Assembly: GCF_963921235.1 (NCBI RefSeq)
Contig: NC_086101.1
Coordinates: forward strand, 191,022,001-191,086,000
Reading direction: 5' to 3'
Origin: Mobula hypostoma
Lineage: Eukaryota
DNA length: 64,000 nt
In this document: positions 24,034 to 35,790 of the stretch, piece by piece
How positions within the stretch are numbered: position 1 is the stretch's first letter
How the letters are laid out: each line of letters opens with the position of its first letter
Notes under the pieces: generated by a model
The model's input: the letters and a program-made list of their open reading frames with translations, nothing else
The model's database searches: none
What the model was told of the DNA's origin: nothing
Translations under genes and position numbers: made by a program

Positions 24034-25124
24034 CAATAAAGCCATCAATTCCGTCATTGATATACAATGTAAAAAGAATCGGTTCCAACACAGACCCCTG
24101 TCGTACACCACTAGTCACCGGCAGCCAACCAGAAAAGGCTCCGTTTATTCCCACTCTTTGCCTCCTGCCAATCAGCCACTGCTTTATCCATAGTCGAGTC
24201 TTTCCTGTAGGTAGGTAGCCTAAGCTGCACACAGTACTCCAAATTAGGCCTCACCAACTTATGCAATTGCTTATTCCAGTTACTAATAACTGCAAGTTTA
24301 AAGGGGGGAAAGGTAGACTGTGAGAAGGGACTGGATGAGCCAAGGCAGTTAACACCATATTGCTAATTAGCAATGGATAAATCAATGACAGAAGGTAAGA
24401 GGTTGGAATGAGGGGTACATTGAGAATTTAAGGATGGGAGAGAGAGTCTGTGTGTTCCTCAGGCTGGAGGATGGTGAACAGTGATGTCCCTGAGGCACCG
24501 AGCTGGGTCCAATTTTATTTTGGGCTCCTAAATACGTAGGCACTTCTAAATTTGCAAATGACGCAAAGCTTGCAAAGCAGCAAGGATAGCAATAGAAAGT
24601 GAAGAGACACGGATTGGGTGCTGGAGGGGCGGGCAAGTGGTAGGTCTAACAAAGTGATAACCTGGGAATGGATTATAAAGAGAGACCATGCAGACTTTGG
24701 CAGTGGGCCTGTGGCATTCGGGTAATTGAAAATGCTGGTTATGGCAGGAGAATCTATGCAAGTAGATGGGATAGTAAAGAAGTCTATAAGGCTTAGAGAT
24801 GGAATGAGGCCATTCAGCCCATTGAGTCTGCTCCATTATGGCTGATTTATTACCCTTCTTAGTCCCATTTTCCTGCCTTCTCCTTGTAACCTTTGGCACC
24901 CTGACTAATCAAGAATCTATCAACTTCCACTTTAAATATACCCAATGACTTGGCCTCCACGGCCGTCTGGCAAAGAACTTCACAGATTCATAACTCTCTG
25001 GCTAAAGATATTCCTCCTCAATGCCTACGTTCGTTGGTCCGGACATTGAGTATAAGATTTAAAAAGTCATGTTGCAGCCATGTACAACTTTGATTGGGTT
25101 GCCAAGTATTATATGTAACTGGAG

Positions 25125-25430
25125 TATTGGGGTGACATGCTGGTGTAGTGGTTCGTGCAATCACTTTACAGCAGTGAGCGGGGTTCAATTATCCCCGCTG
25201 TCTGTATGTTCCCCCTGTGAACACATGGGTTTCCTCCAGGTGCTCAGTTTTCTTCCCAATCCTCCCTTCATTCCAAAAACATGTGTTGAGGGTTGGTAGT
25301 TGTGGGCGCACTATGTTGGCGCTGGAAGCATGGGACTGTGGGCTGCCCCCAGCACCATCCTCACTGATTGGATTTGGTGCAAGTGATGCACTTCACTATA
25401 TGTTTCAGTGTACATGTGACAAATAAATTC
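25125..25430 (+). mobile_element. HE1/V-SINE-like tRNA SINE
   Basis: tRNA-like head, then the GGGTTTCCTCCAGGTGCTCAGTTTTCTTCCCA core, then a TACATGTGACAAATAAA tail. Many further copies occur (about 27110-27240, 33620-33880, 34080-34310, 35100-35360, 35850-36275, 44605-45050, 45180-45450, 55810-55975, 56840-57080, 62220-62480). Confidence 0.7.
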
Positions 25431-25439
25431 TGGGCTGTA

Positions 25440-25950
25440 CCTCCTGTACCTAATAAAGTGGCCACTGAGGATAAATGTGTGGTCTTCTGCTGCTGTCGCC
25501 CATCCACTTCAAGGATCAACGTGTTGTGTGTTCAGAGATGCTCTTCTGCACACCACTGGTGTAACATGTGGTTATTTAAGTTAATCTCACCTTGAGACAA
25601 TCGGGCCATTCTCCTCTGACATCTCTCAATAACAAGGTGTTTTCACCCACAGAACTGCTGCTCACTGGATGCTTTTTGATTGTTGCACTATTCTCCGTAA
25701 ATTCTACTATCTGTGGTGTGTGAAAATCCCAGAAGATCAGCAGTTTCTGAGATACTCAAACCAGCCTGTCTTGCAACAGCAGTCATTGCACAGTCAAGTC
25801 ACATAGATCAAATTTCTTCCCCATTCTGATGTTTGGCCTTTACAATATCTGAACTTCTTGACCACATCTGCATGCTTTTATGCATTTCATTGCTGCCACA
25901 TTATTGGCTGATTAGATTATCCCTGATAAAGAGGCTACCGAGTGTGTAAG
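25440..25950 (-). mobile_element. Tc1-like DNA transposon remnant
   Basis: Reverse complement encodes a degenerate Tc1 HTH region (QFCG.KHLVIE..QRRMARL...ITTCYTSGVQKSISEHTTR). A CCTAATAAAGTGGCCACTGAG terminal/direct repeat occurs at about 25449 and 25921. Confidence 0.6.
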
Positions 25951-25997
25951 TCACAATTCAGGCATTTAAAGGCAAATCTCCCAGCATCTTTACATAC

Positions 25998-26097
25998 CTG
26001 GGTTTGATCTTGTATAAAATGATGCCCATCACTAACAAGGTGAAAATTTTCATTCCGAGTGGGATACACAACAGCACAACGGGGGACATCTGCTTGA
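25998..26097 (-). CDS. Siglec-15-like receptor, exon 4 (transmembrane segment with central Lys)
   Basis: Acceptor CTTTCTCTTCAG and donor AG|GTATGT, phase 1 to 2. Encodes (V)KQMSPVVLLCIPLGMKIFTLLVMGIILYKIKP. Confidence 0.85.
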
Positions 26098-26339
26098 CTG
26101 AAGAGAAAGTGAGAGAGGTCAAACTAAATTCCAACAAAGTGGGAGAGAACCCAAAAATGCAGGGACATTTAAGTAAACTCTGTGGGCAGACTAAAGAGTG
26201 TGTAACTCAGAAGCAAGTGGCAATTGTCAGAAGGGAGATGAGATCGGCAAAGGACCAACAAAGTGGAGAGAACCGAGTAGGTTGGTCACAGGATTTCCCC
26301 TAAGACTGAGGCAGCAAGAAACCTTAATAATGACGAGAA

Positions 26340-27070
26340 TTTAGATCATAAGACACAGAGCAGAATAAGGCCAATCTGACATTCCATCATGGCTGATCTA
26401 TTAACCCTCTCAACTCCATACTCCTGTCTTCTTCCCATAACCCTTGCCACCGTGACTAATCAAGATCTTATTAATCTCCGCGTTAAATTTCTGCAATGAC
26501 TTGGCCTCCACAGCTGTCCGTGGCAATGAATTACACAGATTCACCACCCTCTGCCTAGAGAAACTCCTTCTCATCTCTGTTCTAAAGGGACATCCCTCTA
26601 TTGTGAGGCTGTGCCCTCTGGTCCTAGACTCTCCTACGATAGGAAACATCCTCTCCACATCGAACCTATCTAGGCTTTTCAATATTCAATAGGTTTGAAT
26701 AAGGTTCCGCCGCCCCCCCCCACCATTATTCTAAACTCCAGAGAGTACAGGCCAATGGCCAGTTAACCCCTTCATTTCTGGAATCAGTCCCATGAACCTT
26801 CCCTGGACCCTCTCCAATGCCGACACATCTTTTCTTAGATAAGGGGCTCAAAACTGCTCACAATACTCCAAGCCCAGTCTGACCAATGTCTTATAAAGCC
26901 ACATCATCACATCCTTGCTTTTATATTCGACTCCCGCCAAAATGAATGCTAACATTGCATTTGCCTTCCTCACTGACTCAACCTGCAAGTTAACCTATAG
27001 GGAGTCCTGCATGAGGACTCCCAAATCCCTTTGTACCTCTGATTTGCTAAACCCATTTTCATGTTCTTTC
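26340..27070 (-). mobile_element. CR1 LINE 3' portion
   Basis: Minus ORF LDRFDVERMFPIVGESRTRGHSL...FRTEMRRSFSRQRVVNLCNSLP. Confidence 0.8.
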
Positions 27071-27264
27071 CACACCAACCTAGATTCTATCAATCACCCC
27101 AACTAGGGGCATTTTACATAACCCGATTAACCCGCTGACTTGCACGCCTCTGGGGTGTGAAAGGAAGAACCAGAGTGTCAGAGAAATACAGGCATTCACA
27201 GGGAGATAGTACAAACTCCACACAGCTGGTGCTGGTGGTCAGCACTGGACACACAGATCTCTAG

Positions 27265-27900
27265 TGATTGGGGTTCACATCCATAGATAAATCAAAATTG
27301 CTGTTCTACTTGATAGGGTGGTTCAGAAAGCGAATGGTGTGTTTGAATTCATTAGTTGAGGGATTGAATTCAAGAACCATGAGAGTTGCAATTCTACAAA
27401 ACCCTATTTAGACCACACTTAGAGTACCGTGTTCACTTCCGATCACTTCATTACAGGAAGGATGTGGAAGATCCAGAGAGGGTACAGAGGAGATTTACCA
27501 GGATGCTGCCTGGATTAGTGAGCATGTCTCATGAGGATAGGTTGAGCGAGCTTGGGCTTTTCTCATTGGAGCAAAGGAGTTGAGGGCTAACTTGACAGAG
27601 ACGTACAAGATGATAAGAGGCATACAAGATGATAAGATGATAAGGGCTGAAATGACTAATAAGTCGAAACACAGTTTTAAAGTGATTGGAGGGAAGTATG
27701 GGGTGGGGGAGAATGTCAGAGGTAGGTCTTTACACACAGAGTGGTGGATGCTAGGAACGCACCCACCAGGGGTGATGGTACAGGAAGATACGTTAGGGAC
27801 ATTTAAGATACTGCTGGATAGGCAAATGAATGGATGGCAGAAAAATGGAGGCAATGTGGGAGAGAAGAGTTAGACTGATCTTTGGGTAGGTTATGAGGTC
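27265..27900 (+). mobile_element. CR1 LINE 3' portion
   Basis: FYKTLFRPHLEY.V.F.S.HYRKDVE..ERVQRRFTRMLPGL. Confidence 0.8.
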
Positions 27901-28008
27901 GACACAACATCGTTGGCCGAAGGGCCTGTACTGGGCTGTACGGTGCAGTGTTGCTTGCTCCCCTTCCTCCCTCACCCTCAGTGTACACCCCAGGGTGCGG
28001 TTTCTCAC

Positions 28009-28383
28009 CAGCTCTCATCCGCAGGTGGGCCTCATACAGGGACAGATGGATGATCAAGGACGAAGTATATCCATGGTCAGTCCTGGTCTTCAACTCAGCC
28101 AGACACAGGTAGCTGTGACTGTCCTCCACACTCAGCTGCTTTATCCTGGTCGAGGCGTCCCCCAGCTCTGGGTCCCCGATGAGCTCGTACCGAGTCACCC
28201 CGTTTTCCGCTGCCCACGATCCATTTGTTTGGCGCCTGAAGGTGACGATGTGTCGGTAAGGAGTCTTCCTCATCCACGTCACCGTGAGTGAGATAAAGCT
28301 CTGCGGAGGCCGTGTGAACTCACAGGGTAACGTGGCCGAAGCTCCCTCGGTTCCAGTCACCTCCAGATCTTTCCCATCAGAAG
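28009..28383 (-). CDS. Siglec-15-like receptor, exon 3 (second V-set Ig domain)
   Basis: Acceptor GTCCTCCTCTCAG, donor G|GTGAGA, 375 nt, phase 1-1. Motifs ATLPCEF...VTW...RYELIGDPELGDAS.RI..L..EDSHSYLC match V-set B, C, D, E and F strands. Confidence 0.92.
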
Positions 28384-28780
28384 CTGAGAGGAGGACAGAC
28401 ACCAGACAGTATTGATTCACGAATGGCTCCAAGCAAAGAGTGAGGAGAAAAGAGGGAGCTTTCTTAGACAAACTTGGAAATGTGAACCGATGCCTTGTAT
28501 CACACTGAATAAGTTTTAGACACAACACTGGACATCCCAGTAGGAAGGGTAGAGAGAACAGAGGCCCAATGCCCACAGAGATCTAGCCATGTGGTGAAGA
28601 TCTCCCTCCAGGGATTGGAGCCCATACTCTTGGTGGTGGGGTCTGAGGTCTCACACAGGTGTTGAAGGTCAGCGAAGATGTGGTTGGTCAGTAACTCAAT
28701 CATCTACATCCCAGAAGATCCCTGTCGCAGTTGGTGCCCAACGCACACACATGTTACCCCCATACATAATACATGCCCCC

Positions 28781-28782
<2 letters not shown>

Positions 28783-28810
<28 letters not shown>
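28783..28810 (+). repeat. (CA)n microsatellite
   Basis: About 14 perfect CA units. Confidence 0.95.
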
Positions 28811-28813
<3 letters not shown>

Positions 28814-28984
28814 TCTTCGGTTGGTCAGTTGTCCATCGAAATCCGATGACGATGTCCACTCCTTTAACGGTGAGATCTTTGATGACTATACAGTCCTATC
28901 CTGGACCCACAAGCTCTATTGCAGGTGGGACATGTATATGTGGTAGTGGTGGCAACCATGGCTGCATTTCTCCTGGCTCTCTTC

Positions 28985-31790
28985 TGCTGTCTTCTGGTTG
29001 TTCTTTCCATCTCCAGAATACGAACCCAGTCCCTTCACAGCTGTCGCCAAGTGGTACGGTCAGCAGCAACGTCCTCCAGGTCCTCGGGTCTGATCTTGCA
29101 CTTTCTTAAAGCAGTCTTCATCTGATCCTTACAGCGCTTCTTCGGCCCTCCAGCTGAGCATCGACCATGATGTAGCTGGCCGTATAACACTCTGCGGGGT
29201 AGCTGACATGGGGGCATCCTTATCACGTGCCCAAGCCACTGCAGCTGACACTGGGTGATCATGGCCTCAATACTCCTGCAGTTGGTCTTTACAAGTATTT
29301 CAGTGTGAGGTACCCGCTCATGCCAGGTAATTCCGAGGATGCGCTGGAGGCAGCTTATGTGGAAGTGCTCCAAGGACTTGATGTGACGGCGGTAGGTTAC
29401 CCAAGCTTCACAGCTATAAAGGAGGGTGGTGACACAGACCGCTTGGTATACGGCGACCTTTGAGGAGGGACGAAGGCTCCTGTTCTGAAAGACCCTACGC
29501 CAAAGTCTCCCAAAGGCAGCTGATGCCTGCTTAATGCAGCTCTGGATGCCGTTGTCAATGCTGCTATCCTCAGACAGAATGCTCCCCAGATATTTGAAAA
29601 ATGGCACTACTGACAGCTTTTCATCACCAACAGTGAAGGCAGGTAGAGTGGGTGGGACACTGGTACTCCATTGGCAAACCACTTCTGTCTTGGTGGTATT
29701 GACAGTGAGCCCCATCCTGCTGTACGCTCTCACCGCCACGGCAAGGACAGTCTGAAGATCCTCCGGAGTATGGGCCACAGAGCACAGTTGTCTGCATACT
29801 GCAGCTCCAGGACCCGCTCTCTACGGAGTTTGGTGGCTGTGTGGAGCCTCCTGATGACAAAGAGGTTGCCATCTAATCTGACGTCCACTGCCACCCTGCT
29901 GCTGTCTTCAATCTCATTGTGGAGAAGCTTGGTAACACACAAGAGGAAGATGTTAAGGAGCACAGGCACTGGTACACACCCCTGCCTCACCCCTGTGCGT
30001 ACAAGGAAGGGCTCGGACTCTTGTCCTCCTGTGGTCACCCGAGCAGTCATCCCATCATGGAACTGGTGGAGGAAGTTAACAAATTTATTGGGACAGCCAA
30101 ACCTGAGGAGGACATCCCATAAGAGCTCTCTTTGCACAGTGTTGAATGCTTTGGAGAGGTTGACAAAGGCCATAAGCAGGTCCTGATGTTGCTCCTGGCA
30201 CTTTTCCTGAAGCTGCTGGGCTGTAAAGATCATGTCGATCGTGCTCCTGTTCTTCCTAAATCCACACTGTGATTCAGGCAGCATTGACTCGGTGATTTTG
30301 CTAATCAGTCTCTGAAGCATCACCTTAGCCAGGACCTTTCCAGCAACAGAAAGCAGTGATATGCCCCTACTATTGCCGCAGATGGCCTTGTCACCCTTGT
30401 TCTTATAAATGACAACAATGTTTGAATTTCTCCATTGCTGTGGGATGTTCTCATCAGCCCAGGCCTTGGTGATGTACTGGTAGAGGGTGCGCATACACGT
30501 GTACCCTCCGTTCTTCAGTAACTCAGCAGGGATATTGTCAGTGCCAGGGGACTTGTTGTTCTTAAGGGAATGGACAACTGATAGAACCTCCTGGAAGGCT
30601 GGTGGTAAACTGAGGTAATGAATAGGAGGAAGTTCAGGCAGTTCGTCCAGGATGGTGGGGTCTGCGTCAGAGTCCTGATTAAGCAGGGTGTTAAAATGCT
30701 CAGCCCACCTCAGCAGAATGGTATTCTGATTCTTCAGAAGTGTTAGACCATCTGCTATTTTCAGGGGAGTAACAAATCAATTTATTCGGCCGTAGATGGT
30801 TTTGACAGCATTGTAAAAATTATGCATGCCATTATTATCAGCAAATGACTGGATTTCATGTGCCTTTTCAGTCCACCACTCATTTTGTATGGCCCGTATT
30901 GCCTTTTGCACTTTCCTCCGAGCTGCCTGCCGATGCTACCTGATGCTGGTGGATGACGGGTCGTCTAGTTGCCCGGTGTGCTTTGCATGTCCTTAAGCAA
31001 GTTGTGGATGGTGTCTGAGTTATCATCAAACCAGTCTTGGTGGTTCCTGCTGTTATGGCCGATGGATTGGGCTGCTGACACATGGAGCGCAGAGCTGATA
31101 TAGGTCCACTGTTGTTCCATGGTATTTTCTGAGCTCAGATAAGGTTCCAGCTCTCTTAGTTTCTCAGCTAGGATGTGTTGAAACTCACTTCTTGCTTCTG
31201 TGTTTCTCAGGCAGTTGCAATTTGGCTGCTTTTTATTGGGTTTTTGCAGCCGCAAGGGGGGACACACTTTCATATGGAGCTTGGCCACAATCATACAGTG
31301 GTCAGTCCAGCAGCCTGCACCTCTCATGGCACGGGTGATGAGAACATCCTTGATGTCACTACGTCTCACAATGAAGTCGATCATGTGCCAATGTTTAGAG
31401 TGAGGGTCCATCCACGAGGTCTTATATTCTGCCTTCTGCTGGAAGATGGTGTTGGTTATGGTAAGGTTATGCTCAGAGCAAAGAGTAAGCAGTCTCATGC
31501 CATCTGCATTCACCTTGCCAATACCATGCCTACCGAGCACTCCACTCCATATCCTGTTGAAGTTCCCAAGCAAAAGGATCTTATCATTCTTAGGGATCCG
31601 GCAAAGAGCTTCATCCAATGTTGATTAAAGCATTTCTTGGCCTCATTCTCAGAAGGCAAAGTTGGTGCATAGGCACTGAGAAGCATGGCATGGCGTTTCT
31701 TTGCCAGGGGGATACGGAGGGTCATTAATCTTTCAGTAATGCCAACAGGTGTTTCTGTGAGACTTGGTAGAGAGGTGTTCGTGATGGCCA
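28985..31790 (-). mobile_element. RTE-clade LINE (APE endonuclease + RT), frameshifted
   Basis: Minus ORFs SAYAPTLPS...DKILLLGNFN...WMDPHSKHWHMIDF, then GNSRGISLLSVAGKVLAK...ESQCGFRKNRSTIDMIF...GVRQGC...LQYADNCAL, then FKYLGSILS...QLQWLGHVIRM. Confidence 0.9.
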
Positions 31791-31821
31791 ATATGACTGC
31801 CACATACACAGAACCACCACC

Positions 31822-31823
<2 letters not shown>

Positions 31824-31861
<38 letters not shown>
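31824..31861 (+). repeat. (CA)n microsatellite
   Basis: About 19 perfect CA units. Confidence 0.95.
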
Positions 31862-31862
<1 letters not shown>

Positions 31863-34335
31863 TCCTCCCACACGTGTATGTACCCACAAACAAACACAAA
31901 CCCACACATCGCTCCTTCTTGTACCTTTACCACACTTCAGACTTCCACACACTTCTGGCTGATCTCACCGCACGCATGTCTCACCGAGGCACTTCCCACT
32001 CAAATGTACTCGTGAGCCAGTGACAGCCTTCGGATGTGGTAGTGACAGTGACGGTGGTGGTGGTGGGAGACACTGTCCAGTGGTGGGAGACCCTTTGGAT
32101 GTGACAATGACAGTGATGGTGCTGGGAGACATTGTCCGATGACCGCACAAGTAAGACCAGTCCACCCACTACCATCAACAGCTGGTTGATACAGTTGGCT
32201 TTGGGCCGCAACCTCTCACATTGCCTGGGTGCCTTTCTTCGTTCCGGTGTCCCGGGACACCCAGCCATTCAGGGAGCCGCTATTTAGCAGGAGGACGGGT
32301 CTATGAAGGCAGCTGTCACTTGAGAAGGTGTGGTCAGCCACCAGCTCAGATACTGGCACTCCTCAACCCAAGTCAGCCCAGGGGACATCTCCTCAGCAGG
32401 TGGCTGAGGGACTTGGTGTCCAAAAAGCATCTGCTGCACTCTGTTGGATTGGAGTGTAGAATTGTTATTTTTCTAGTAATTTGCTCTTCTGTGCTTGCTT
32501 CTAATTTTTATATAATCACCGTATGTAGACTTAATTGTTCAGTAAATTTTCTAGTGATTAGGGTATAGCTGATTCTGTACTTTCTCAGTTTTTCTCAGTC
32601 AGATATATGGGTTGGGGTCAGTAAGTTGTGGGCGTGCTATGTTGGTGCCAGAAGCATGGCGACACTTGTGGGATGCTCTCCAGAACATCTTTGGACTGTG
32701 TTGGTCGCTGACGTAAATGACACATTTCGCTGTATGTTTTGGCATGACAATTAAAGCTAATCTGATCTAACCTCCCATGCAGTCACCGGGGGATGTACAA
32801 AACTCCTTACAGACAGTGGTGGGAATTGAAGCAGGATGGCTGGCACTGTAAAGTGTTGTGCGAACTGCTACACAACCACAGCCCACCCCTACTTGCCTCT
32901 GAACTGTGGTGGCTGTTATGGGTGCACCACGCTGGCATGTCCGTTGTCACATGTAAGCCAAAGTTCAAACTTAACTTATCAAAGTATGTATACTTTATAT
33001 AACCTTGAGATTCGTCTCCTTGCAGGCAGCCACAAAACAAAGAAAACAAAAGAAGACCATCGAACACCCAATGTACAGTGAGAAGAAAAACAATAAAAGT
33101 AAGTAAATGGCATTCAGAACTGAAGTTCATGATTCAGAAGCCAGTTAGGTGCAGGCCACAGCCTCAGTTCAGTGCAAAGACCAGTAAACCTCGTGGAGCA
33201 GCGATCTAAACCAAATCGTCCCTCGCCCCTGGTCCTGATACCATGAGTTTTCAATCTGGCCCAGTGCTTCAATCATCCAAACCTGGGGTCATTCCTCACT
33301 CGCAGACTCAGGCCCTGCCGGACAAGGTAAGCAAGATAGACTTCCTTCCCAGACTATAGCAATGAAGTAGATTTGGTTTGACTAACTCTGCATTTCCACA
33401 ATTCATCCTAACTAGGATTAATTTTAGTTTCCATGACAATTTTATTTCAATGTTACATTTAAAACCCTGGAATGATATGGACTCACGTTCCCTTGATTGA
33501 TGACACAACCTCATGGTTTCAGCCAATGCCCTTTCTTTTAGTGGCCTGGCCAACACCAACACATCCCTTCTGGAAGCTGCTGATCCGATGCTGTTTAATT
33601 AATAAATATATTTATTTATTGAGAGATACAGCAGCATGGAACAGGCCCTTCCGGCACTTTGAGCTGCAACCCACCTATTTAACCCCAGCCTAATCACAGG
33701 ACAATTTACAATATCCCGCTAACTGGTACGTCTTTGGACTGTGGGAGGAAACCAGAGCACCCGGAGGAAGCCCATGCCCTCACGGGGAGAACGTACAAAC
33801 TCCTTACAGACAGCACTGGAATAAACTCCGAGCTCCAACATCCCGAGCTGTAAGGGCATTCCACTAACTGCCACGCTGTCTGCTTGGGATGCTGCACAAG
33901 TCAGTTTTTCATTGCTCTTCTGTGTAACTTCAACTTTGAACAAGCGGTGGCTTACTTAACTGTGGGAGTATGTCAGATAGCCCCTGTTTGCGGGAACGCA
34001 ACTTCCAGCGGGTTTCGCTACAGAGGGGTTAGTTCTGTAGGCCAGACATACAGGTTCGTGCTGGACTTCTTCTGCTGTCTATGTGGAATCTGTACGTACT
34101 TCTTGTGATGGCGGGTGCCTCGGTTTCCTTCCACACTCCAAAGACGTGCAGGTGGGCAGATTAGCAGGTTGTGGGCAAGCTATGTGAGTGCTGAAAGCAT
34201 GCGAGTTGCCTCCACAGACTCCTCGGACCGTATTGGTTGCTGATGCAAATGTGAAATCTTGCTGCCTGTTTCCATGTACGTGGGACAAACGAAGCTAAGT
34301 TTGGGCACCACGGTAGGGTAGTGGTCTGTGTAATT

Positions 34336-34770
34336 ATAGTCATAGTCATAGTCATACTTCATTGATCCCGAGGGAAATTTAGTTTCATTACAGTTGCACC
34401 AACCAAAAGTAGAGTATAAATATAGCAATATAAAACCATAAATAATTAAATAATTATATGTAAATTATGCCAAATGGAAATAAGTCCAGGACCAGCCTAT
34501 TGGCTCAGGGTGTCCTACCCACCAAGGGAGGAGTTGTAAAGTTTGATGGCCACAGGCAGGAATGACTTCCTATGACGCTCAGTGTTGCATCTCAGTGGAA
34601 TGAGTCTCTGGCTGAATGTACTCCTGTGCCCAACCAGTATATTATATAGTGGATGGGAGACATTGTCCAAGATGGCATGCAACTTAGACAGCATCCTCTT
34701 TTCAGACACCACCGTCAGAGAGTCCAGTTCCATCCCCACAACATCAGTGGCCTTACGAATGAGTTTGTTG
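34336..34770 (-). mobile_element. Rex1 LINE (young family), short 3' copy
   Basis: NKLIRKATDVVGMELDSL...SFLPVAIKLYNSSLGG and a (CTATGA)n tail. Confidence 0.9.
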
Positions 34771-34779
34771 AGTTTGTGA

Positions 34780-35090
34780 TGTGGGCACATGGCCAAGTGG
34801 TTAAGGCATTGGACTAGCGACCTGAAGGTCGTGAGTTCGAGCCCCAGCCGTGTTGTGTCCTTGAGCAAGGCACTTAATCACACATTGCTCTGCAACGACA
34901 CCGGTGCCAAGCTGTATGGGTCCTAATGCCCTTCCCTTGGACAACATTGGTGTCGTGGAGAGGGGAGACTTGCAGCATGGGCAACTGCTGATCTTCCATA
35001 CAACCTTACCCAGGCCTGCGCCCTGGAGAGTGAAGACTTTCCAGGTGCAGATCCATGGTCTCGCAAGACTAACGGATGCCTTTACTTTAC
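34780..35090 (+). mobile_element. tRNA-derived SINE (same family as 18173-18486)
   Basis: A box, B box, central domain and (TTTAC)n tail are nearly identical to the first copy. Confidence 0.9.
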
Positions 35091-35436
35091 TAGATACCCT
35101 AACAGCTCGAGGTGTCAGAGTTCAGAGCTCAGTTCCAGCGTCCCCTGTCAGAAAGTTTGCACGTTCTCTCTGTGAGTGAGCAGGTTTCCTCCCTCACTGC
35201 AATGACATGCTGCTTACAGGCTCATTGGTCATCGTAATTACAGACCACTACAGAGGGGTTACCCTTGTAGGTCCACATGTATGCTAGTTGGTCATCCTGT
35301 GATTAGGCTGGGGTTAAATCAGGGAGCTGCTGAGTGGGCAGCTCATTGGGCTGGAAAGACCAGTTCTACATTGTCCCTCTAAATAAATAAGAACAAAAAA
35401 TAAGCTTTAGTTTTAAACCTGAACGTTGCTCCTTAC

Positions 35437-35790
35437 CTCTGACCATCAGTTGTGTTACAATCATCCCACTGATGTCTGGAATGTTACACTGATACCAACC
35501 ACCGTCACTCCGCTTCAGACGCTGCACCATGATCGAGGCGTCCCCCTGGCTGAGGTCCCCCACGAATATGATCCGGCCGCCTTCTGCCTCCTGAATCATG
35601 TTGCTGCACTGGGAGTGGAAGGGACTGGGGTACGTACACTTGGCCACGGCATTGTAACCCCGCAGGTCGCCTTTTAACCATGTCACGGTGTAGGGGAGAG
35701 TGAGGTCGATGACAGTACACGGCAACACTGCAGAGCTTCCTTCCACTGCAAACACATCGTCGGCATAGGGAATGGTCCAAACAGTGGAGG
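35437..35790 (-). CDS. Siglec-15-like receptor, exon 2 (N-terminal V-set Ig domain)
   Basis: Acceptor TTCTCCCCTCTCTCAG, donor G|GTAAGG, 354 nt, phase 1-1. Encodes STVWTIPYADDVFAVEGSSAVLPCTV...VTWLK...AKCTYPSPFHSQCSN...RIIFVGDLSQGDASIMVQRLKRSDGGWYQC...TQLMVR. Confidence 0.92.

Noticed and set aside
27803-28576. 257-aa single-exon gene
   Set aside because: Only 28009-28383 is bounded by splice sites and Ig-like. The flanking parts are intron and CR1/RTE sequence read through by chance.
33487-33590. Extra minus-strand exon between V1 and V2 (strong donor AAC|GTGAGT)
   Set aside because: The available acceptors give a stop codon in the phase-1 frame needed to join exon 2, and the polypyrimidine tract is poor.
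28009-35790. Rearranging Ig/TCR/NAR V gene segments
   Set aside because: Both V exons include the G strand and end in splice donors. No CACAGTG heptamer/nonamer RSS follows them.
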